Of a stretch of DNA of 64,000 bases, positions 38,862 to 47,944 are shown piece by piece. The notes beneath the pieces are model-generated. The model made no database searches. It was not told the DNA's origin and saw only the letters and a list, made by a program, of their open reading frames with translations. A program made the position numbers and the translations under genes. Numbering within the stretch: position 1 is the first letter of the stretch; each line of letters begins with the position of its first letter. The stretch comes from an uncultured bacterium (GTDB lineage Bacteria > Joyebacterota > Joyebacteria > Joyebacterales > Joyebacteraceae), in contig CAZFRO010000004.1 in NCBI GenBank assembly GCA_964521425.1, forward strand, positions 209-64,208, given 5' to 3'.

Positions 38862-39905
38862 ATGAAGGTCGCTTATTTCGCAGTGATTATGATCGTTGCT
38901 CTGAGCATGGTTGCCCTCGCCGTTTCGCCGACCAACGTCGCTCCTGTCAAGCAGAGCGTCGTCTCCGGCGTTGCGCACCCGACCGGTCGTGTCGGTGGTG
39001 AGACCATTGAGACCGCCACCGTGATCGCCGGGCTGCCGTTCTCGGATGCCGGTAACACGTGTGTTGCCATTGATGACTACGATGAGGTCTGCCCTTACTC
39101 GGGATCAACCTCAGCGGACCTCGTCTACGCGTTCTCGCCTGGCGTCGATGTCATTGTCGACATATTCCTGTGCATGTCCATGTACGACACAAAGGTCTAC
39201 GTGTACGAGGACATACACACACCGACCGCCCCGTATGCTTGCGTCGATGACGCTTCAGCATGTGGCGACTTCAACTCGTACATGTACCAGTCGTGGATTA
39301 CCGAGTTGACGCTCTACGCCGGTCACACCTACTACATCGTCGTCGACGGTTACGGTGGCGATTGTGGCGACTACGTCCTCGACATGTACCAGGTTGAGGA
39401 GTGCGTTGTCGAGTGTCCGCCAGGCGCAGTGCTTGAGGGTGAGGTCGACTGCTACCCGGACTACGTTGACGACTTCAACGGTGGTCTGAACAGCGACCCG
39501 CCCGTCTACTCGTACCTCGATTGTGCGCAGGATCTCGTCGTCTGCGGCACGATGGGTGTCTATGATTTCAACGGCACCTCGTACAGGGACACTGATTGGT
39601 ACATCCTCCCGATCACTGAGGGTGCGACCATTACGATGGGTGTTGAGGCTGAAATCGGCGTTCTCTTCGGCTTCGTTGACCTGTCAACTGGCGGGCTCCT
39701 TGAGTACACCGTGGCAGCGAGCTGCACGTACTCGACGGTCACACACATCTACGCCGGCGCTGCTGACGCCGCGTTCGTCGTGTTGCCTGACGATTGGGAT
39801 CTAGGCTACGCCTGTGGTTCCGACTACTACATGACAATCGACGGTTGCCCGATCGTGGCAGTCGAAGAGTCAAGCTGGGGTTCCATCAAGGCTCTCTACA
39901 GGTAG
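38862..39905 (+). CDS. secreted Cys/Asp-rich protein with two PPC-like beta-sandwich modules and C-terminal SWGSIKALYR motif
   Basis: Signal peptide; GETIETAT..LPFSDAGNT; DTKVYVY; YYIVVDGYGG; RDTDWY; tail AVEESSWGSIKALYR. Confidence 0.8.
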   Translation: MKVAYFAVIMIVALSMVALAVSPTNVAPVKQSVVSGVAHPTGRVGGETIETATVIAGLPFSDAGNTCVAIDDYDEVCPYSGSTSADLVYAFSPGVDVIVDIFLCMSMYDTKVYVYEDIHTPTAPYACVDDASACGDFNSYMYQSWITELTLYAGHTYYIVVDGYGGDCGDYVLDMYQVEECVVECPPGAVLEGEVDCYPDYVDDFNGGLNSDPPVYSYLDCAQDLVVCGTMGVYDFNGTSYRDTDWYILPITEGATITMGVEAEIGVLFGFVDLSTGGLLEYTVAASCTYSTVTHIYAGAADAAFVVLPDDWDLGYACGSDYYMTIDGCPIVAVEESSWGSIKALYR

Positions 39906-39944
39906 TTTAGTATGAAGAAACCAGTGCAGCAGTAGCACTGGCGA

Positions 39945-39985
39945 AGAATGCGCCCCGCCTGGCTGATGCCGGGCGGGGCGTTTCT
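39945..39985 (+). terminator. intrinsic terminator, copy 1
   Basis: CGCCCCGCCTGGC-TGAT-GCCGGGCGGGGCG then TTTCT. Confidence 0.75.
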
Positions 39986-40078
39986 GTGATATGCTACTCA
40001 ATACAGGAGACTCCTCCGGAACCACGCTCTCTCGAATGACAGGTCGTCCATCTCGCTCTCCAATCGAGGAGGATGCAA

Positions 40079-41122
40079 ATGAAGACTGCTGGTCTTGCAG
40101 TGATCATGGTTGTCGTGCTTGGCGTGGTTGCTCTCGCTGTCTCGCCGACCAACGTCGCCCCCATGAAGAACAGCGTTGTCTCCGGCGTTCCGCACCCGAC
40201 CGGCCGCGTCGGTGGTGAGACCATTGAGACCGCCACCGTGATCGCCGGGCTGCCGTTCTCGGATGCCGGCAACACGTGCGAGTTCGTGCATGATTACGAT
40301 GAGTCCTGCCCCTACGCGGGATCAACCTCGCCGGACTGCGTCTACTCGTTTGCGGCCGGCGCCGATATGCTCGTCGACATATTCCTGTGCATGTCCACCT
40401 ACGATACCAAGGTGTTCGTGTACGAGGATGTATACACACCCGGCATCCCACTTGCCTGTATCGATGACAGCTACGACTGCGAGGAGTTCAACACGTACAT
40501 GTACCAGTCGTGGCTCACCGAGGTCGCGTTGTACGCCGGTCACACCTACTACATAGTCGTAGACGGTTACGGTGGCGACTGTGGCGACTACATCCTCGAC
40601 ATCTACGAGGTTGAGGTGTGCGCCGTCTAATGCCCGCTGGGCGCGATCCTCGAGGGTGAGGTCGACTGCTACCCGGACTACGTTGACGACTTCAACGGTG
40701 GTCCCAGCGGCATCCCGCCCGCCTACTCGTACGTCGATTGCGATCAGAATATCGTGATCTGCGGCACGTCGGGTGTCTTCCCGTTCGGCGCTAACACCTA
40801 CAGGGACACCGATTGGTACGTGCTCCCGCTTGCTGAGGGTGCGACCGTTACGATCGGCATTGAGGCCGAGTTCAGCGCGCTTCTTGGTTTCGTCGATATG
40901 GAAGCCATGGTGCTCATGGAGTACACCATGCCACCGACGTGCACGTACGCGACGGTCTCACACGTCTATGCCGAAGCCGGCGACGCAGTGATCTTCGTCT
41001 CGACGGACGCCTGGGATCTGAGCTTCGACTGCGGTTCCGATTACTACCTGACAATCGACGGTTGCCCGATCGTGGCGGTCGAAGAGGCGAGTTGGGGTTC
41101 CATCAAAGCTCTCTACAGGTAA
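40079..41122 (+). pseudogene. paralogue of 38862..39905 with one premature TAA
   Basis: TAA at 40628-40630 where copy 1 has GAG (Glu); the frame continues to SWGSIKALYR at 41122. Confidence 0.85.
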
Positions 41123-41161
41123 TGTAGAACGAAGAACCCAGTGCAGCGATGGCACTGGCGG

Positions 41162-41210
41162 AGAATGCGCCCCGCCTGGCTGATGCCGGGCGGGGCGTTT
41201 CTGTTTGTTT
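41162..41210. terminator. intrinsic terminator, copy 2 (also faces the convergent ABC operon)
   Basis: Same hairpin as copy 1, followed by TTTCTGTTTGTTT. Confidence 0.75.
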
Positions 41211-41244
41211 GGGTGGGGCGCCCCCCAGGGGAGGTGCTTCCGTC

Positions 41245-42117
41245 TCAGTGGTTGCGTCGGCGAGCCGGCAGAAAGCGCAGCCTGCCGCCGGGCGTCGTTG
41301 TCAGGACAACGAGGAGATACGCGACTCCCGCCAGGATGATCACGGTGGCACCGGCCGGGAGGCCGGGCGAGTAGCTCAAGGCCAGCCCGGACGTTGTGAA
41401 CACGATCGTAAGAATCGCTCCCCCGATCATCATGCGTGAGAGCCTCGTAGCGAAGCGGCCCGCGATGGCAGCCGGGATCGTGAGAAGCGCGATCATCATC
41501 ACGATGCCGACCGCGATGACGAGCAGGACGACCGTTAGTGCCGTCAGAAGCAGAAGGCCGATGAAGAACAGATCGACCGGGATTCCACGTGTACGCGCAT
41601 ACTCCTCATCGAACGCCACCGCCATCAACTGATCGTAGTAGAGCACCACGGAACCGAGAACCACGAGATCGAGAATGCCGAGCAACCACAGGTCGCTCGT
41701 TCTGACCATGAGGATGTTCCCGAAGAGGTAGCCCATGAGGTCGCCGCCGTAGCCCGGGGTGCGTGCAAGAAAGAGCACGCCGGTTGCCATCCCGATCGCC
41801 CACACGGCTCCGATGACCGTGTCGGTCCGCTCCTTGGCCTTGATGCTGACGATGCCGATCACGACCGCCGCGAGAAGGGCGGAGAGGAGTGCCCCGTAGA
41901 GAGGATCGAGCCATTCCCAGCCGTGCACTGTCTGCAGATAGACTGCCGCGCCTATGCCTCCAAGGACCGAGTGCGCGATGCCTCCAGCGATGAAGGCGAT
42001 GCGGCGAACGACAACGAGCGTGCCGACAACGCCGCAGGCGACACTGGCGAGGAGACCCGACAGGAGAGCGTTGCGCATGAATGTGTGTTCGGCGACGGCG
42101 CGCAGGAACTCACTCAT
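41245..42117 (-). CDS. znuB: Zn/Mn ABC transporter permease
   Basis: AHSVLGG, YLFGNIL, FDEEYARTRG, LLTIPAAIA. Confidence 0.9.
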   Translation of the reverse strand: MSEFLRAVAEHTFMRNALLSGLLASVACGVVGTLVVVRRIAFIAGGIAHSVLGGIGAAVYLQTVHGWEWLDPLYGALLSALLAAVVIGIVSIKAKERTDTVIGAVWAIGMATGVLFLARTPGYGGDLMGYLFGNILMVRTSDLWLLGILDLVVLGSVVLYYDQLMAVAFDEEYARTRGIPVDLFFIGLLLLTALTVVLLVIAVGIVMMIALLTIPAAIAGRFATRLSRMMIGGAILTIVFTTSGLALSYSPGLPAGATVIILAGVAYLLVVLTTTPGGRLRFLPARRRNH

Positions 42118-42141
42118 GGCGATTCCCCGTTTCGTGCAGAC

Positions 42142-42924
42142 TCACTCATGGCGATCTCCCGTCCTGCATCCATGTTCGTCGTGATCGTGCCGGACCATCC
42201 TGATCTTCTCTCCGTACATCTCCATCAACGTGTCGCCGCTGAGTTCTGACGTGGGATGAAGCACTACCGTCTTCTTCACACAGATGACCTTCGTCGTGTA
42301 CTCCGACACGAACCCGACATCGTGGGATACCAGCACGATCGCCATTCGTTCATTGAGTTTTCGAAGAAGCTCGTGAAGCTGCTCCTCCATCGTCACATCC
42401 AGATTCGCGGTCGGCTCGTCGAGAAGGAGAAGCTCCGGGTCGGAGACGAGCGCACGCGCGATCAAGGCCCGCTGCCGCTGGCCGCCCGAAAGCGTGGAGA
42501 ACATGCTCGCTCGTCTGTCGGACAATCCCACTTCGGCGATAGCGATCTCGGCTCGCTCCTTATCCTCGGACGAGTACCTTCTCACTCGCCCTCCGGTAAG
42601 CCGCCCGGTCATGACGACATCAAGGACGCGGGTGGGGAAGCTCAGGTCTACCTGTGCGTGCTGCGGCATGTAGCCGATGCGCGGTCTCGCATCTACGGGG
42701 CTCGATCCGAGCACGCTGACGGTCCCGGCCGTGGGTTTCAAGAGCCCGAGCACGAGCTTCAGAATCGTGGTCTTGCCGCCTCCGTTTGGCCCGACCATCC
42801 CTGCGAATTCGCGATCCAACACGGTGAAGCTCACGTTCGTCAGGACATCGTGCTCCCCGAAGGAGAGTGCGACATCCTTCATCTCGATGATCACGTCTCT
42901 TCCTTCCCCACGGTTCTCGCTCAT
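42142..42924 (-). CDS. znuC: Zn/Mn ABC transporter ATP-binding protein
   Basis: GPNGGGKTT, LSGGQRQR, LLLDEPT, VSHD. Confidence 0.92.
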   Translation of the reverse strand: MSENRGEGRDVIIEMKDVALSFGEHDVLTNVSFTVLDREFAGMVGPNGGGKTTILKLVLGLLKPTAGTVSVLGSSPVDARPRIGYMPQHAQVDLSFPTRVLDVVMTGRLTGGRVRRYSSEDKERAEIAIAEVGLSDRRASMFSTLSGGQRQRALIARALVSDPELLLLDEPTANLDVTMEEQLHELLRKLNERMAIVLVSHDVGFVSEYTTKVICVKKTVVLHPTSELSGDTLMEMYGEKIRMVRHDHDEHGCRTGDRHE

Positions 42925-43877
42925 CGCGCGTACTCCTTCACTGCCGCGGCTATCTTCCTTAAGCTCTCCGGATAGTCGTATGCGAGAGGATCGATGATGA
43001 CGATTGCAGCGCCTATCTCATCCGCCAACGTCTGGGCGCTCCTTGCCGGATGCTGTGGCTGAACGAAGACGGCGCCAACTCCTCCCGACGACGCTGACTC
43101 GATCAGCCCGGCGAGTTCTCGTGCACTCGGCTCCTTGCCCTCGAACTCGATGGCGATCTGCTCAAGCCCGTACGCATCGGCGAAGTGACCGAAGGCTGGA
43201 TGGAAGACGAAGAAGCTCTTTCCCCTGCACAGCGCAAGAACTCCCACGAGCTCGTCATCGAGGATGAGAAGCTCCGTTCTCAGCGAGTCCATGTTGGCGC
43301 GGTATGCTTCGGCGCCCAAGGGGTCGATCCTGACGAGCGCGTCGCAGATGGCGTCGGCCTGAGCGAGCGCGAGTCGGGGGTTCATCCAGGTGTGGGGGTC
43401 GTGTCCGTGATCATGCTCCTCCTCGATCGCTTGCGTGGAGACGACCGTCATGTCTGGGTTCATGTCCGAGATTCTCGAGAGGATGCCGAGTTCGAACGGC
43501 AACCCGATCGTGAAATAGACATCCGCCGTCGCGGCCTCTATCATCTGAGTTGGCGTCGGCTCGAATGTGTGTGGAGAGCGACCCGCCGGAACAAGAATCG
43601 AGGTGCTCACTCTCGCGCCCGCGATACGATCGACGAAGAAAGCCTGCGGTACGACAGTGACTAGCACACCGACAGCTGGAGAATCGGCCCAGAGCGGCAG
43701 GGGAGAGAGAAGGAGCAAGGCTGAGGTGAACAGAACGGCAATCGCAAACCCGGCCGAGTGACGGCCCAACTGACTGCCAATCACGCCCCGGCTGGAATCG
43801 ACCTCTCCGTCCCTCACGCTGGCCTCTCGTCTCTTCATGCTCGCCCCATCCGTCCACCTTGCGAAGTGAACCCTCAA
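42921..43877 (-). CDS. znuA: Zn/Mn ABC transporter substrate-binding protein (start uncertain)
   Basis: PHTFEP, His-rich EEHDHGHDPHTW, FHPAF, EGKEP. Confidence 0.88.
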   Translation of the reverse strand: MRVHFARWTDGASMKRREASVRDGEVDSSRGVIGSQLGRHSAGFAIAVLFTSALLLLSPLPLWADSPAVGVLVTVVPQAFFVDRIAGARVSTSILVPAGRSPHTFEPTPTQMIEAATADVYFTIGLPFELGILSRISDMNPDMTVVSTQAIEEEHDHGHDPHTWMNPRLALAQADAICDALVRIDPLGAEAYRANMDSLRTELLILDDELVGVLALCRGKSFFVFHPAFGHFADAYGLEQIAIEFEGKEPSARELAGLIESASSGGVGAVFVQPQHPARSAQTLADEIGAAIVIIDPLAYDYPESLRKIAAAVKEYAR

Positions 43878-43992
43878 CCAGTGAGATTATGGGCCGCACG
43901 GGCCGTGTGCAAGGCAGAACTGACGGATGGCCGACTTTCCCTTGGGACCGTGAAACCACGCCCCTGCCAGGGCATCAGAAGCACTGGTTGAA

Positions 43993-44007
43993 TGATAGTG
44001 ATTCTTA
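43993..44007. promoter_or_regulatory. Fur/PerR-type 7-1-7 box upstream of the perR-like gene
   Basis: TGATAGT-G-ATTCTTA, 11/14 to TGATAAT-N-ATTATCA. Confidence 0.5.
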
Positions 44008-44028
44008 TTCCCAAGTAAGGAATGTACC

Positions 44029-44448
44029 ATGCAGGCGCACGAGTCCCTTCGGATGACACCAAGCCGCAGAGCGATTCTTGCCGTTCTTGGGCAGAAGCGT
44101 TGGCACCCGACGGCTGAAGAGGTGCTTCAGGAGGTAAGAAGAGCGCTCCCGGGTGTTGGATTGGCCACAGTCTATCGAAACCTCGAGGTCCTAAGAGAGC
44201 AAGGTCTCATTCGCATCGTGACGAAAGACCGGGACAAGAGGCGGTACGATGCCGTCGTCGAGAGACACTACCACGTGAGGTGCGTACAGTGTGGACGAGT
44301 GGAAGATGTGGATCTGAGCGAGCGGGAGTGGATTGAGGATGAGGCCGCAAGGGCGAGTGGCTTCGAGATCACGAACCACGAGCTGATGTTCCTGGGCACA
44401 TGTGGTGATTGCGCGAGAGCGCGCACGGCAGAGAAGGAGGAGCACTGA
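44029..44448 (+). CDS. perR: Fur-family regulator, PerR-like
   Basis: [36 protein letters not shown]; heads peroxide-defence genes. Confidence 0.8.
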   Translation: MQAHESLRMTPSRRAILAVLGQKRWHPTAEEVLQEVRRALPGVGLATVYRNLEVLREQGLIRIVTKDRDKRRYDAVVERHYHVRCVQCGRVEDVDLSEREWIEDEAARASGFEITNHELMFLGTCGDCARARTAEKEEH

Positions 44449-44449
44449 G

Positions 44450-45022
44450 ATGGAACTCAAGGGAAGCCGGACGGAGAAGAACCTGATCGGAGCGTTCGCG
44501 GGTGAGTCGCAGGCAAGGAACCGCTACACGTACTTCGCGAGCAAGGCGCGGAAGGAAGGCTACCGCCAGATATCCGAGATCTTCGAGGAGACGGCGAATC
44601 AGGAGCGCGAGCACGCGAAGAGGCTTTTCAAGTTTCTCGAAGGTGGTGAGGTCGAGATAACAGCATCGTTCCCCGCCGGTGTCATCGGTACGACGCTTGA
44701 GAATCTCGAGGCCGGTGCCGGGGGAGAGAACTACGAGTGGACTGAGATGTATCCGTCGTTCGCGAAGATCGCGCACGAAGAGGGCTTCTATGAGATCGCG
44801 ACGGTCTTCGAGTCGATCGCGATCGCTGAGAAGCAGCACGAGAAGCGCTACAACGATCTCGCCGGGAACATAGAGGCCGGAAGGGTCTTCAAGCGCGAGA
44901 ACAAGGTTGTCTGGCGTTGCATGAACTGTGGCTATCTCCACGAGGGCACCGAGGCTCCGGAGAACTGTCCTGCATGCGCGCATCCGCAGGCACATTTTGA
45001 GATCCTGGGCGAGAACTGGTAA
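44450..45022 (+). CDS. rbr: rubrerythrin
   Basis: [41 protein letters not shown]. Confidence 0.96.
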   Translation: MELKGSRTEKNLIGAFAGESQARNRYTYFASKARKEGYRQISEIFEETANQEREHAKRLFKFLEGGEVEITASFPAGVIGTTLENLEAGAGGENYEWTEMYPSFAKIAHEEGFYEIATVFESIAIAEKQHEKRYNDLAGNIEAGRVFKRENKVVWRCMNCGYLHEGTEAPENCPACAHPQAHFEILGENW

Positions 45023-45034
45023 GGGAGAGGGAAC

Positions 45035-45550
45035 ATGTCGGAGCGAACAGGATTGACAGCGGTTGGGGGAAATCCCCTGACGCTCGTGGGAGACGAACTC
45101 AAGGTGGGGGACAGAGCACCCGGGTTTGAGCTTGCCGGTAATGGTCTTGAATCCGTGAACTCGTCCGAGTTCGATGGAAAGGTGCGCATCCTGGTCACTG
45201 TTGCGTCACTGGACACGGGGGTTTGTGACACCGAGACCCGTCACTTCAACGAGAAGGCATCAGGGCTCGGAGATGACGTCGTGATTCTGACGGTGAGCAT
45301 GGACCTGCCGTTTGCGCAGGCTCGCTGGTGTGCGGCCGCGGGAGTTGAGCGTGTCAGGACGCTGTCGGCCTACCGTAGCAGCGCGTTCGGCAAGTCGTAC
45401 GGCGTCTTCATTAAGGAGAGCGGGCTCCTGGCCCGTACGGTCTTCGTTATCGACCGGGAAGGCATCATCAGGCACGTGGAGATCGTGGACGATCTGACCA
45501 GCGAACCAAACTACGAAGCTACATTGGACGCAGCACGGAAGCTGCTATAA
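45035..45550 (+). CDS. tpx: thiol peroxidase
   Basis: [27 protein letters not shown]. Confidence 0.94.
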   Translation: MSERTGLTAVGGNPLTLVGDELKVGDRAPGFELAGNGLESVNSSEFDGKVRILVTVASLDTGVCDTETRHFNEKASGLGDDVVILTVSMDLPFAQARWCAAAGVERVRTLSAYRSSAFGKSYGVFIKESGLLARTVFVIDREGIIRHVEIVDDLTSEPNYEATLDAARKLL

Positions 45551-45575
45551 TCTCGACAACCAGGAGGACATTACA

Positions 45576-45947
45576 ATGACGGCAATGTCTCAGGTCTACA
45601 AGTGCGAGAAGTGCGGGAACATCGTTGAGGTCTATCACATCGGCGCCGGGGCTCTCGTCTGTTGCGGCGACCCGATGGTGCATCTCGAAGAGAACGCCAC
45701 GGATGCGGCAGTGGAGAAGCACGTGCCGGTCGTCGAGAAGGTCGACGGCGGGATCAAGGTAACGGTCGGTTCGGTCGCGCACCCGATGGCCGACGATCAC
45801 TACATTGAGTGGATCGAGGTCATCTCCGGCGGGAAGACGTACACGGAGTTCCTGAAGCCGGGCGCCGCTCCCGAGGCCGTGTTCCCGGTCAGCGATGTCG
45901 AGCTGGTCCGCGAGTACTGCAGCGTTCACGGGCACTGGAAGGCGTAG
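45576..45947 (+). CDS. dfx: desulfoferrodoxin (2Fe superoxide reductase)
   Basis: CEKCG..LVCCG, EKHVP, HPM..HYIEW, CSVHG. Confidence 0.95.
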   Translation: MTAMSQVYKCEKCGNIVEVYHIGAGALVCCGDPMVHLEENATDAAVEKHVPVVEKVDGGIKVTVGSVAHPMADDHYIEWIEVISGGKTYTEFLKPGAAPEAVFPVSDVELVREYCSVHGHWKA

Positions 45948-46060
45948 GTCTTTCAGTCGATATGCACGAAGCTGATGCCGAGTGGCGCCGGCCCCACGAT
46001 GGCGGTGGGAGGGCGCCGCGCGGCATGTGACCTCGGACCTTCACTGGAAGGCGGTGCTCT

Positions 46061-46564
46061 GTGAGTCTGGAAGAAGCCATCAGGACAGCGATCGAATATG
46101 AGACGAAGGTCCGCGATGTCTACGTTGATGCAGCCGAGCGGAGTGTGGGAACGCCAGGGAATCAACTGTTCCGTGTCATGGCGGACGAGGAACAGTACCA
46201 CGTTGACTATCTCGTCGAGAGGCTCCGGGAGTGGAAGGAGACAGGGAAGGTCAATCCAGCGGAAGTGAAGACGGCGATCCCGTCGCGCGAGACGATTGCA
46301 GCAGGGCTCTCGAGCATCGAGGGTAGCCTGGCCGGCGAATCGTCGGGGGCAGAGATGGACTTCCTTCGGAAGGCGCTTGAGGTCGAGCGAGAGACCAGCG
46401 ACTTCTACAAGAAGGTTGTGGGAGAACTCGGAGACGAGGGACGGGAGATGTTCACTCGTTTTCTTGAGATCGAGACAGGGCATCTGGCTCTCGTTCAGGC
46501 GCAGATAGACGTGCTCAGTGGAACGGGCTTCTGGTTTGATGTCCAGGAATTCACGCTCGAGTAG
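46061..46564 (+). CDS. rubrerythrin-like ferritin-family protein
   Basis: AIEYE, EEQYH, ALEVE, ETGH; ends GFWFDVQEFTLE. Confidence 0.85.
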   Translation: MSLEEAIRTAIEYETKVRDVYVDAAERSVGTPGNQLFRVMADEEQYHVDYLVERLREWKETGKVNPAEVKTAIPSRETIAAGLSSIEGSLAGESSGAEMDFLRKALEVERETSDFYKKVVGELGDEGREMFTRFLEIETGHLALVQAQIDVLSGTGFWFDVQEFTLE

Positions 46565-46595
46565 CGGTGCAGCGCGCCGCGAGGAGAAGTCGGCA

Positions 46596-47393
46596 GTGGC
46601 CTTCGAGCAGTCTTTCGGACTGGATGGGATGTGCTTCGAGGCGCTCTATGAGAGTTTCAACCAAAGGGCGTTTCTCCATCCCGACCCGCTGGAGTTCGTC
46701 CACGAGTATACAGAGGAGTGCGACCAGGAGGTGGTTGGGCTGATCGCTTCGTCTCTGGCGTACGGGCGCGTAGCACAGATCCTCAAGAGCGTATCGCGTG
46801 TACTTGAGCTGCTCGGCGCGTCCCCGTCTGCATTCCTCGTGGAAGCAGCGCCACCAGAGATCGAGCGATCGTTCAAGGAGTTCAGGCACCGGTTCACGAG
46901 CGGAGCTGAGATCTCGGCGTTGCTCATCGGAATCGGACGGACGCTCAGGAAGCACGGTTCACTTGAATCGTGCTTCGTCGATGGGATGGAGAGTTCTGAC
47001 GCGACCGTGATGCCGGCTCTCGGTCGGTTCGTCGCCGGGCTGAGTGAATCCTGTGGTGATCATCCCGGAAGCCTGCTCGCGCTCCCCGAGCGCGGAAGTG
47101 CGTGCAAGCGGCTTCATCTCTACCTTCGATGGATGGTGAGGCGGGACGAGATAGACCTTGGTCCATGGACGCGTGTATCGCCCTCGAAGCTGGTTGTGCC
47201 CGTGGACACCCACATGCACAGGATATCGAGAGTCTTCGGGTTGACAGAGAGAAAGCAGGCCGATATCAAGACGGCGCTTGAGATCACCGGCGGGTTCAGG
47301 CGATTCGCGCCGGACGATCCCGTGAAGTACGATTTCGCGATCACCAGGATCGGCATCAACCGTGACACCCCGTTCGAGCTCATCGGTGGATAG
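46596..47393 (+). CDS. TIGR02757-family protein (HhH-GPD-like)
   Basis: HPDPLEFV, SSLAYG, SACKRLHLYLRWMVR, PVDTH, DDPVKYDFA. Confidence 0.88.
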   Translation: MAFEQSFGLDGMCFEALYESFNQRAFLHPDPLEFVHEYTEECDQEVVGLIASSLAYGRVAQILKSVSRVLELLGASPSAFLVEAAPPEIERSFKEFRHRFTSGAEISALLIGIGRTLRKHGSLESCFVDGMESSDATVMPALGRFVAGLSESCGDHPGSLLALPERGSACKRLHLYLRWMVRRDEIDLGPWTRVSPSKLVVPVDTHMHRISRVFGLTERKQADIKTALEITGGFRRFAPDDPVKYDFAITRIGINRDTPFELIGG

Positions 47394-47425
47394 ACCACAT
47401 GTCTCGTTTGGAAAGGACAGAAGCG

Positions 47426-47941
47426 ATGCTCGGTGACAGGATGCAGAAGGCGTTCAACGATCAGATCAACGCAGAACTCTACTCGGCGTACCTCTACCTC
47501 TCGATGTCCGTCTACTTCGAGGACACAGGCATGGAGGGATTCGCGAGCTGGATGCAGGTTCAGTATCTCGAGGAGCAGTCGCACGCCATGAAGATGCTCG
47601 CCTACGTCTGCGAGCGAGGAGGACGCGTTCACCTGGCAGCGATAGATGCGCCTCCGACCGAGTGGAAATCAGCGGAGGACGTGTTTGTTGCGACCTTCGA
47701 ACATGAGAAGAAGGTCTCCGGCCTCATCAACTCCCTCATGAGCATTGCCCGTGAAGAGAATGACTACGCGAGCGAGAGCTTCCTGCGCTGGTTCGTGGAC
47801 GAGCAGGTCGAGGAGGAGGCGAGCGTGGAGGCCGTCGTCAATAAGATGAAGATGGTCGGTGGTGCGGGTCACGGTCTCTTCATGCTGGACAGAGAGCTGG
47901 GCCAGCGGACATTCACCGAGCCGGCAGGGAAGGGGGAGTAA
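47426..47941 (+). CDS. ftn: non-heme ferritin
   Basis: NAELYSAYLYLSM, EEQSH, HEKKV, FLRWFVDEQVEEE. AAAGGA RBS supports ATG 47426. Confidence 0.93.
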   Translation: MLGDRMQKAFNDQINAELYSAYLYLSMSVYFEDTGMEGFASWMQVQYLEEQSHAMKMLAYVCERGGRVHLAAIDAPPTEWKSAEDVFVATFEHEKKVSGLINSLMSIAREENDYASESFLRWFVDEQVEEEASVEAVVNKMKMVGGAGHGLFMLDRELGQRTFTEPAGKGE

Positions 47942-47944
47942 ACG

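Larger units (their letters stand above)
38850..41205 (+). repeat. diverged tandem duplication, period 1217 bp (RBS, gene and terminator)
   Basis: AGGAGGATGCAAATGAAG at 38850 and 40067; both reading frames 1044 nt; identical terminator hairpins at 39951 and 41168. Confidence 0.9.

Noticed and set aside
12427-40630. In-frame TAG, TGA and TAA codons as evidence of stop-codon reassignment, pyrrolysine or selenocysteine
   Set aside because: All three stop types appear as lesions and all three end intact genes in this window. Several of the affected genes also carry frameshifts.
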